64,000 nt of DNA from Spizellomyces punctatus DAOM BR117. Lineage: Eukaryota. Where the stretch lies: the NCBI GenBank assembly GCA_000182565.2, contig KQ257455.1. The stretch is one strand, 5' to 3'. The notes under the pieces were generated by a model. The model saw only the letters and a list, made by a program, of their open reading frames with translations. It was not told the DNA's origin and did not search any database. Shown in pieces: positions 50,498 through 61,227 of the stretch. The position numbers were made by a program, and so were the translations under genes. Numbering within the stretch: the stretch's first letter is position 1; each line of letters begins with the position of its first letter.

Positions 50498-52150
50498 ATG
50501 TCCGGGTTGCAGGACGACCTCGATTACGCAGTATGTTATCGATCTTTCATCATTTGCAGCCTTGGTAAAACCTATTAAATGACTGCTACCCTCTCCAATA
50601 GCTTCATACAACCAAAGTGACGAATAATTACTACGACGAAATCCTAGAGCTTACTGGGAGGGAACTTGAGGAGTTTCCAACACCTATCGACAGGACAGAG
50701 GAGAACGATAGCGTGCAGTCAAGATCAATGGGTACGTCAAGGATCATTCCTCCATTAGGTGTCAGAATGCTTTTGTAATTCATCGCACAGAAGGACACAA
50801 CGAACGCGGTGACAGTCCACCGTCTGCAAACTTGACGGAAAGTGATGAAGAGTATGACGAAGATGAGGAGGAGGATGAGGAAGACATTCCTGCTTCCGTA
50901 CGTATGCGTATCTTGGATTTACTTTGGCGTGTTCTCAACGGATCCCATATCTCATAGGGCATCTCATCCCACCCCGGACGACCGTCCGCAGCCCCTGCCG
51001 GTCGGACAGGTCTAGGAAGACAAAAACAAGATCTCGACGGGGTGACAGTAGGAGGAACCAATGGCTTGCTAGATGACGACGACGAGGATTACGACGAGAA
51101 TGACGACGACTTCTCAACCGGCGGCCATGGTGGATTTTCAACGAAAAGGTATACATCCTGAAATGTCTTGTCATTAGGACAAGGCATGATTGAGACATTT
51201 ATGGTGATTCTCAGCCGAACAAGCAGTTTCGGCGGCGGTGGCACATCTTACAAAGAGCTCTCCGTAAACGACGAACTTCAAGAGCTCTTTCAATATATCC
51301 AACGATATAAACCCCAAGAACAGGAGCTTGAAACGGAATTAAAGTCTTTCATTCCGGACTATGTTCCAGCAATCGGGGATATTGATGCCTTCATCAAGGT
51401 ACAGAGTCCAAATTCAAGTGGCATATCTCTGGCTGTTAACCTCACACTCTTCTCAGATCCCTCGCCCGGACGGAAACCCGGATCAGCTAGGACTGCTTTC
51501 TCTAGATGAACCCAATACCGAGCAATCTGACCCCACCGGTAATAAAATAATACTTGCCATCTGCATTGTTTGCATGTCTAAACTTTGACCAAACCGTAGT
51601 TCTCGATCTCCATCTCCGCGCGATAACCAAATCCACAGCACCAATACCAACAACCGTTCGTTCCATTGACCCTATAAATCTCAAAACAAATCCAAAGCTT
51701 ATTGATGCATGGATCAAGAACACACGAGACCTGCATGCACACAAACCACCCCAAACTGTTCATTATACAAAACGAATGCCCGACATAGAAGAGTTGATGC
51801 AGGTCTGGCCGTCGCAGGTTGAAGAAGGATTGGCAAAGGTGGGACGTACTGCAGGCAATCTGCGAAGACTTCACTTGTACTAACCTTTGCCGGGGTTCCT
51901 GTAGGTTAATCTACCGACTGCAGATATTGACCTTCCCCTCTCACAATTCGCCGCATTCTTGTCACTCATCCTCGACATACCAATTTCCAGTCCATCCCAG
52001 CCCTCAAGTAAAAATCAATCTTCATATCCTTCACAAAAGGGAGCTGCACCAACCCATGTCGTGGAAGCTCTGCATGTCATGTTTACTTTGTATTCAGAAT
52101 TTAAAAACTCGGCACATTTCAAGGCAATGGAACGAAGTGCGCCCAGTTGA
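50498..52150 (+). CDS. IFT46: Intraflagellar transport protein 46 (spliced)
   Basis: Acidic N-terminus; ELFQYIQRYKPQ, FIPDYVPAIGDIDAFIK, LDEP..EQSDPT, MPDIEELMQVWP, LHVMFTLYSEFKNSAHF. Confidence 0.95.
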
Positions 52151-52247
52151 GAATAGAATAAATGAGTTCCAAATTCTTCGATCTTTTCCTTAGGGTACTT
52201 CCAGGGACACAATCTCAAACGGCCATTCGCGAAGAAGAGAGGATCCC

Positions 52248-53857
52248 CTAAATCCTAAGCCCAGCGACACCAGAGGCCAACACGTCCCAAATAACAAGCT
52301 TTCCATCAACGCCGCTGGTCGAGAATTTGGTAACATTGTCAGGGTACCCGGCATATGGACGGACAGATCTAGGGGTTGAGAATGTGCAATGAAAAATGAG
52401 ACCTTTAGCACTCATCAGCATCACATCTTGTCGTTACTCACGTAATCGTGTTTTGGTGCGTGGTATTGAGTTCCACGTCTTGGTTTGTTTGTTGAGCCCT
52501 GCTGTCCATCTGCTGGAATACTCGGAAGGCGCTATTGGCTGCGACGGATTTCTTCTGACCTTGATCAAGCTTTCCAACAAGCTCCCTAAGATCATTACAT
52601 GATATGAGCATCGATCTTGTTCGTTCTCCAATTAGCTACCTACCACTGGCCACCGCGCTGGGCAAATAAGAAAGGCACACAGTCATGACCAACTCCGATA
52701 ATGCTTGTTTCTGACGCAAAGATTATGGACACAATCGGCAGGGCATTCGTCGGAATGGTGATAACGGGGTTATTCGGTCCACTGGCAAGGGATACGACTG
52801 AGTTGTGAGCTGTTGCACAGGGATCAACTCCGCGTAAGCTACATGCTGATGACAGACGTGCACAGAGGAGCAGGTTAGCACTTACAGGACCATGCAACAT
52901 AATTTCCGCTAGGAGAGAATGCCACGCTGTGCACCCAACCATCGTTGTCAAACTCCCCACACAGGGTATGCAACGGAAGCTTATCCCCCCACACAGGGTT
53001 TGAGGCTCTGGGAGGCGTGAGTGTGAACGGAGGAGTATGGATCGATGTAAACGAGTGGATTGACTTACTTCCCGTCAACACCTTTAATGTACGCGGAGAA
53101 CACACGTGTCTGTTCGAAAATTCATGACAGTTAGTGCTCGTTTTGCATCTCTCAGCACGTATAATTAACCGACCTTCATATCGGTAGAACCGGCAACGAG
53201 CAAGATATTATCCGGATGCCAATCCAACGATAAAATTGTACTCTTAATAGGCTTTTTGATATGTTTGCTTCCCCACCAATTGTTCTCCTCCTCAAAATAG
53301 CAGATCGAAATCAAGCGAGCACCACTGGCCACCGCGAACTTGTTCTCTTTGGGACTCCATCTGACATAAGTGGCAGCACGATTAATCCGCAAATGCACCA
53401 GGCTGTGACCCCATTTTCCCTCAGTAGGATTCCAGGTCCACACATAGGCGTTACGGTCCTGAGAGCAAGTCACAATACGGTTGGTTTCGGGAGCCCAGTC
53501 TATTGAGGTAACGAGCTGGTCATGCTAGAAAAATCAAAGGATATCTCTGTCAGCATGTCACACGCTGTTAAATAACCTTTTAGGGATAGGAGCGCGAAAC
53601 AGTTACCCCAGTGAGTGTCTCCGTCAGCTCCCACCCGCTTCCATTCCGTTGGTAAATCTCAACGGTATTATCATTCGGGCATATGGCAACCTCTGCATTC
53701 GAGTACGCGTGAGGTGAGTGGAGGAGTGGGCGGAAAACATGGTTGTTGGCGCGTGAGGCGACCGTGTAGTTAACCACTTACGTGTGCGGTCCTTGTTGAA
53801 GGCGTGGCAAGAAATGGGACGGCCCCAAACCAACTGGTGAACTTCGGGTGAGGTCAT
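52248..53857 (-). CDS. ARPC1: Arp2/3 complex subunit 1 (WD40; spliced)
   Basis: [67 protein letters not shown]. Confidence 0.95.
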
Positions 53858-54419
53858 AGCGGGCACTCAACGTAATATGCTTTCTTATTAGGTAGGAAGG
53901 GGAGGACTCTGTTCAGTCTACAACCCCTTGATGATGTTGGGAATGGTGGAGATGACTCGAAATCCGCCTACGCCAAGCAGAACGCCAGCCAACATTGGAG
54001 TCGATCACGTGGATACATTAGGTAATCCTCGTCAAGCCAGTTCGGATTTCCTCGTTGGAAGTGGGAATGGTATGATAATGTCTTGGCATTTAGTCATGAA
54101 TAGTTGCAGCAGCATTGTATTAGAAAGAGATTGCAAAGCGACAAGATCAATCCTGCTTCCGACTGCTCCATCCGGATGAGTTGCCTTCATCTCAGACGCT
54201 TCATGAGGAGGAGCCTCGATCAGCATGAAGTCTTTTTGATAAAGATGACATAGGAACCTGCGTATTGATGCCTGCTTCAAAATTAGCAGAGATTGACTAA
54301 GGATGCACACAGTAGCAATCGACTAATATTTAACATGAACCATCATAACGGCTGGCCAGCTCCAACGATACATCTGCTCCTTTCAATTTCAAATCGGCTA
54401 CTTTAACAATGGCGAGGAA

Positions 54420-55042
54420 TTATTCTTCTTCTACCCCTTCCCCACCCTCAGGCTCCGCAATATTGAAATAGCGAAGCTCGTACGTGTTTTTACTGATTGC
54501 AATGACTCTGACCCAGTCTCGGAGGCGATTCTTCTTCAAGAACCTCTGGTACAAATGCGGACATGAATTTAGACTCAATAGTGGCTGTGGACGTAGCTAG
54601 CAACGGACCTTTGTCAGATATTTGAGATAGCGTTTGGAGATCCTGACGCCGGGGAGCACCTCAATGACAATGGAGTGATTGGTACGAGTGACATTTACCG
54701 CGTCACTTAGCTTCCCAGTGCGGCCGTCAACCTTAATACGCTCACGCAAGAATCTTTCCTATATCGGAAGGTGTTTGGTGATTGTGTAGTGTCTCAAGTA
54801 ACGCATGCATTGGGAGCCTTACAAACGAAGCAACATCTATAATCCCATCGCTCGCTGGGACAGAGCAATCAATTGTAAACTTTACAGGAACTTTTCTGGC
54901 CTTTTCTTTCTTTCGCTTTCTGGTGATATTGGTCGCGTACACACCCTTCTAATTGTGCATAACCGTAACGTGGTGTACCAGACGGTGAGAACTGGATTCT
55001 GAACTCCAGACTATGATATTCCGAACTTACCGTCTTTGGCAT
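54420..55042 (-). CDS. RPL22: 60S ribosomal protein eL22, divergent-looking copy (4 exons)
   Basis: [57 protein letters not shown]. Confidence 0.9.
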
Positions 55043-55200
55043 TTTGGCGATAGTCTGCTGACTTGGTGGGGCAACTTACAAGACGATGTCCTTCACGCAA
55101 ACAGGAACGTAATGGAAAGCTTGCTTACCAAACCCTCACGATCATTACTTGCTAAGCCACCGTCATTGCTCTTGGTGGGCGTTGCGACTCACTCGTACTG

Positions 55201-56342
55201 ATGGCCATGTCGTCCAGTGAAGCAGCTCTCTCCTTATTTCCGTACACTAGGTGCTATTGTGAAGAAAACGTTTATAACTTTTGCCGGCTTATCGAAGAGG
55301 GAGCATCTAGTGACTTGCCTCAGATTGCCACTGTCGTGTCCAATGCCAATGTCGCAGAAACCTTTGTCGTTTTCGTATCGAGTGAGATAGGATGGGTAGG
55401 TGCCGGGCTGGGGTGAAGAGAGATCGAAACACAGCTTGTGCTTGGCCGGTCGTCGTTCTCTGTAGAATGACGAGATATATAGTGACAGTCACCAAATACT
55501 TGTTCTCTATACTCATAGTTTGAAGGTTGATACCTCTTATCTTGCCTTTTCTTTCTAGGTTGAGATGCACAAGCAAAAGTCTGGCAAAGTCGCTGAGGAT
55601 GGAAGAATTATTTGGGTATGCTGGGTTCCGCCGAAACTGTACGATGGTCATTCATTGAGCCATATCGCGGTTTCTGCCAGGACTACCATGTTTTTGCTAT
55701 TGTGAAACCTAAAAATGCGCCAAGTACCATGGTGTATGACTTCGATACAATGCTAGACTTCCCGACCCCTTTTTCAAATTATATAAATGAGAGTTTTAGG
55801 TCTTCCCGATTTCCAAGGTGAGTCCGGGTCAAGTCTTTGAATTTGAAAATCTCTAACTTCAAACTGCTTACTTAGAAAGTTCCGCATTGTGCCTGCCAAA
55901 GACTATCTGCTCCATTTCGCTAGTGACCGACGGCACATGGTGCGAATTCGGTTTCCCCTCTCAATTGTTCTCTCTCTTTCTATCATATCGCTAACCATTT
56001 GTCTTGACATTTTGTTTTGACATTTCCAAGAGAATGCCCGGCTCGGATGCTTCATCAGAATCACCGGAATTATATAGTGCGCCGCCGCCTTTATACCCCC
56101 CCATTAAATCTTCCATCCCTCTCTCCTCCTCAGCATTTCTACCAGTGAATGCGAGCTCCGAACTATCCAGATATTGGGGATCTGCGCATAATTGTCCCAT
56201 TACTGATGAACACAGGTTACCTTTATATTTGCGGATGGGGGAGGAAATGGGAGGAGGGGAGAGTTCGGACGTGGTGACCTACGCTACCACAGGGTTTGGT
56301 AAGGTCGTAGACCTGCCAGGATTGTGCAAAGCGTTCGGCTGA
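55201..56342 (+). CDS. NTAQ1: Protein N-terminal glutamine amidohydrolase (spliced)
   Basis: YTRCYCEENVY, W|DYHVF across an intron, VYDFDTMLDFP, FASDRRHM, APPPLYPPI. Confidence 0.9.
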
Positions 56343-56636
56343 TGGTATTAGTGCATGTTCTACTTGCAACACCTGGCTGGCAGGTCGAGCTGTATGAGTA
56401 CGTGTCGGATTACGTAATCAGCTCTCCGACACCAGTAGTTGGCAGACGGTTATCTTGTTCTGCAGACGAGTTCGAAGAGATGTGTGAAGTGCTATCCGAA
56501 GCAGAACAGTCGTCTCACTTTCCTCTAAATAATGTCCAAATCCCCAAAGCAAATAAAAAGCACGTGTTGATCAAAACAAATCCAAGAATTTTTGGACGGA
56601 GGGCTCCCTGTCCCCTAATCATATTGCGATTTCAGC

Positions 56637-59600
56637 ATGTTCATCATTTGTATCAGTTTCTTTATACTGTCTGTTATTGCCCGAACATGTGCTATATCTA
56701 CCAAAGCCGCTCTCTCCCCTCAACACCTGCAACGTCGCGAGAGCACATCGATGAATCCTAGGGCCGGTCATTACTGCGACGGATTACAGCCAATTACCGG
56801 ACAGACAACCGGTTACATAACCTCATATTGGAAAGAAGTACCTGCAAATGTTCAACCGTCCGATTGGACCTTGCCGCCTGTGGATGTTCAATACCGGAAC
56901 CAAATGAATTGCCGGTGGCAGATAGTTGCTGATAAGGGGAAAATCATATCGGTAGTTATCGTTACATATATGGTCTGCTCACATGAGACAATCTGATATA
57001 AAGCAGTTGCTTCTGAACCTAGCTCGAATTCGAGTTCTTTCACACAGAATGCGGCTGGGACTTTGTTGATATCTACGATGGACCAGATACCCAGTCCAGA
57101 CAGTTGGGACACTTATGTGGAAACAGGGGCAAGGAAAGGGGCTTCAACGACGTAATCACATCGTCTAATAACTCAATAACGGTCGTCTTCACATCGGACG
57201 TGGCCATTACGACAACTGGGTTTATTGCCATGTTCAAGGTCATGGGTACGTTCACTTTTGAGCTTCTTGATTCTCAGATGGCATGTTGTTGACCGTGTGC
57301 CCCTTGATAGAGCGGACCAAAATGTGCTTCGACAGCACAGATTGCAGCGGGCACCAGTGCCTTGGAGGGGTGTGCCAGTGTGGAAGTGACCGCAGAGGAG
57401 ATTTTTGCCAATTTTGTAAGGTTTTATTCACAGGCAACACAACGAACATAATCATAATATCCCTTTATTATTGAAGCATCATCAGGCTTTCAGGCCTTTA
57501 CGCCACGAGAGTTTCACTCTGCTGCCTATTCTCCAGCTCAAGATGTGCGTGATGTGATCTTTTGCGTCAATGCTCACGAGACGACGTATTGTTGACCTTT
57601 TCCTTTAGACCATGTACATAACGTTTGGTGAGAGTGATATCCGCGGGCAACCCCCACTGAACGATATGTTTGCCTACCATGTAGGTGAGTCGAGGGGAGC
57701 TGCTCAGAATGCAATGACAGCGTGGCTGACGTTGATATCTGTAATTCAGCTACCAATACGTGGGAGCAGATAACAAATACGAGTAGCGCGCCCGTCGGCC
57801 GGCTGTATCATTCGACGTGGGTTACCGATGACGGTAATCTCATAATGTACGGTGGGTCATATCCGAACGGCATTTCAAATAATGATCTTTGGCGATTTCG
57901 CCCAGGTACATGCTTTTATGTTTGAATGCTTTTAATGTTCTGATGTTCGTGAATAGCTGATTCGGCTGTTATCTGTCGTAGATAAAAAGTCTTGGGACCG
58001 CATTGTAGTACGCTCCGACATAAATGACAGAAAAAACTTGCCTCCCGGAAACTTGAACGGGGCTGCGACTGCACTAGTGCGCAATGGCGGTTCTCCTATG
58101 ATATACGTAGTTGGTGGGTACACCAACGACGCAACAAGAGGAACTCGTGAAGCGTATGTCTTTGATCTTGGTATGCTAATTTGCTTCATTGTTGCCAATC
58201 AGTTGGCATCAGCCACTATTCTCGTCTCATATATGTGGATATGTGTCAGTCGCAGGTGTGTGGACCCAGCTTCCATCGGCCCCAGTCAAAACTTTTGGAG
58301 CGTCTCTCATTTACCACCCCGCTACCAATACGCTTCACCTGATCGGAGGGTACCGGTTTGATGTAGGAGAACCCACACTAGGCTATACCAGTTACGTCTA
58401 CTCCATCGACGCAGGGCTATGGTACGTTGGAGCATGGCAGAGTTATACCACGATGAATATCTGGAATCGTGGTGAATATATCGGAGACGATGTGGGAGTT
58501 GTGACTGGGGGTTTACGACCTCTATTAGTTCAGAATGATATTGACATGGAATGTTTTACGGAGACAGTGAGAGTGCTGGACCTGGGTACGCAAAATATCT
58601 GCTACATTGCAACGAAATCTCTGTAAATCATGCTTACATGTGCTCTCTCTTTTGCAGCCTGCAACAAGATTGTGGGCAAGCAATTGGGCTTTCCCTTTCG
58701 TCGAAAAGGTCACTCGATGGTAGTCACGAACAATGGTACACTGCTTCTAGCTGGCGGGAGCAATGGATTCAACTTGAACGATATCGTTTCCGCGCCATCG
58801 AGCAGTCTCAAACCAACGACATCACGCGAGGATAGAGATGCGTGCGCCGTGCAACAGTGGTGTGAGCTTTACTATGACTGCACGGACTGTCTCGCCAGGA
58901 GCTTTTGCGGATGGTGTGGAGATCGGTGTGTGTATGTTGGAGGAGGCACTGCGACGGTGCCGATGGCGGGAAATGCGACTTGCCCCGGTGCAGTGTCAAA
59001 AAACATTGCGCAATGCCCGCTGAGTGAGTTGAAAATTAATCTCTTGCATGCTTGAGTAAATTGCTCAATGTAGTACTGGGCTTGCATTGCAGGACTCCCT
59101 TTGAAACTTTCGAGTCCAGTAAACGCAACAGTTTCTTTAGGTGGATATGTTGATTATAAAGCCAGCATCGATGCCCCAGACAAAGGTGGGGCAGATCTTT
59201 CAGATCTTTTCGGTCTTATCATGCTGACCTCCATTACCAAGATCTACTTTTCACTGTTTCTGCAAACCCTTCTAGCGCTCACCTCAACCTCACAATCATA
59301 TCCATCCGGCCAATCGGGGTTGTTTCATCTGTGACTGGAACTCTGGTTCTCCTTGCGTCAGACTACCGACAGATACCAGGAGACTACGTTATCCGTGTCA
59401 GCTACCCGGCTCCCGCAAATCAGAGGCGCCAACTCACACAGCCACCAGCCGTACAGTTCACTCTGCTAGTCGAAACAAGGGTACCAGAGGAAACTGGTAG
59501 TGGAACTGGTTCCTCAGGATTTCGGATAGATTCGCAAGACATTACGACGTTTGTGGTGATATTTGTGTCATCTGTGCTACTAAGTATGTCTGCTACGTAC

Positions 59601-60358
59601 CTCCTTCGTCGAATGCGAGAACGACTACGGCTGTTGAGATTGGTGAGGGAAGGCGAGATACCAATTATGCCTAAAGAGCCTCCGAAGATTTACGAGGTTG
59701 AGCTCGAAATGACGGGAATGCCGGGGAGTGAGGCATTACTACGAAGTCGTGCGAGAGCGCGGGGATCCGGGGATACGATTGGGTCAATTCCTCGCCGAAA
59801 AGCGGCTACAGATGGTGCAGAAGCGAAAACGGATCCGGAGGGCTTGGAACTGTATAACCTGCGTGAAGGGCAGATTTTGCGTACGGTACATATGGACGAT
59901 GAGGAGCACAAAGGGGAGTCAAAAACTCCGAGACGTAGAAGTGGAGGACGATCGGGGACCACAAGCATAATACAATACGTGAGTTCCTACTTGGTTCCTC
60001 ATTCAAAGAGCTCATGCCTGATGTACCATGATTACAGCCACTCTCCGTCCACCCGTTTTCATATCTACCTCAGCAGGAAGGGGATGCTTCCACGTCGCCA
60101 GAATCGTCAGATCCTCTAATAACAACCTCTTACCTCATCCTCCTCCCAGGGGCGCATGTTCAAGTTTCTCAAGGGATGCTGCCTTCTGTCCAAATTGCGA
60201 CCGCGGTCCTTTATGACAAGACAGCCAAAAACTCACGCCATACGAATAGTGGTGGACATAGGCAAAGGGGTCGGGTGATGCCTGGTTTTATGAGGGGAAT
60301 TTGGCAATACTGTGTTGACTTGTGGAATATTGAGGTTCTTGTCGGCGGACGCTTTTAG
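56637..60358 (+). CDS. Attractin/MEGF8-like single-pass membrane protein (signal peptide-CUB-EGF-Kelch-PSI-TM-cytoplasmic tail; many exons)
   Basis: Signal peptide; CUB YRNQMNCRWQI...TECGWDFVDIYDG...LCG...VVFTSDVA; EGF CSGHQCLGGVCQC...GDFC; Kelch PREFHSA, GRLYHST, YVVGGY, RRKGHSM; PSI DCTDCL...CGWCGDRC; TM FVVIFVSSVLLSMSATYLL. Confidence 0.82.
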
Positions 60359-61227
60359 ATAGGACGCGGGCGGCGCTATGTATCAGCGTCACGAAAATGA
60401 TTATACTCGAGGTCATCCAGGACTTCCAATCATTGTACAAACGAAGCTATGCTTGTCGCATCTGCTAGACACTGTCTCTTTATCGTGAATCATGGCTCCA
60501 ATAAAAATTCATTACACGCTACAGAGTTGAGCGCTTTACCACAACATGGTTTTTGGATCTGAGAGGCACCATATCAGGTTGAAAGCCGGGTGCTAATCCC
60601 GCTTCCTGCAAGACCGACATGTAGGTGAGAATTGCATACATGCATTCATGGCAAAAACAAGCAGTCTGCCAGATTAAGGGAGGTTGAATGGCCTTTCACA
60701 GAGACTTGAGCACGATCGAAGGAGTGGAGGTCGAGCACGAAGAAACATATCGAGTACAAAAAGGGAAGGCCTTTTATAGGCCACGATGTACTGCCCACTG
60801 CCATAGTACCAACCAAATAATCGACGAATACACTCAATTGCCGAATATGATAAAGGCTTATGTAGTGGTTATTAGCAAAGAAGAACCGGCATTGCCCAGA
60901 TGGAAGGACAAACCTGGATTTGGATTACCTAAGTCATTTAGCCTAATATGGCGTCCGGACAAGTTCGACTTTTAAGATCAAGTTCAACGCGTTCTTGGTG
61001 GTTTGAGCTTTTCTCCATCTAGGTGTTCATTAGTACTTTGTCCCTTGCGGCATACCTGTGTGGCCTTTCTTTGTAGGCTGGAGCTTTACTACAGTAGTCA
61101 AAACCGTGGCGTTACTTCTACACATAGTGACAACGTCTCGTCTCTGAGTTGGCGATAGAGGGGACAGCGTTCCCCAGAGGATCTCCAAGCCATTGGCGCA
61201 AACACTTCGTTTGAAGGTTGCCCCAAT

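Noticed and set aside
50844-51112. GAN/GAC-rich repeats
   Set aside because: They encode the normal acidic N-terminus of IFT46.
60688-60975. 95-aa ATG-initiated ORF between the Attractin-like gene and CDT1
   Set aside because: No recognisable homology or splice link; a small gene or relic cannot be excluded, but nothing supports it.
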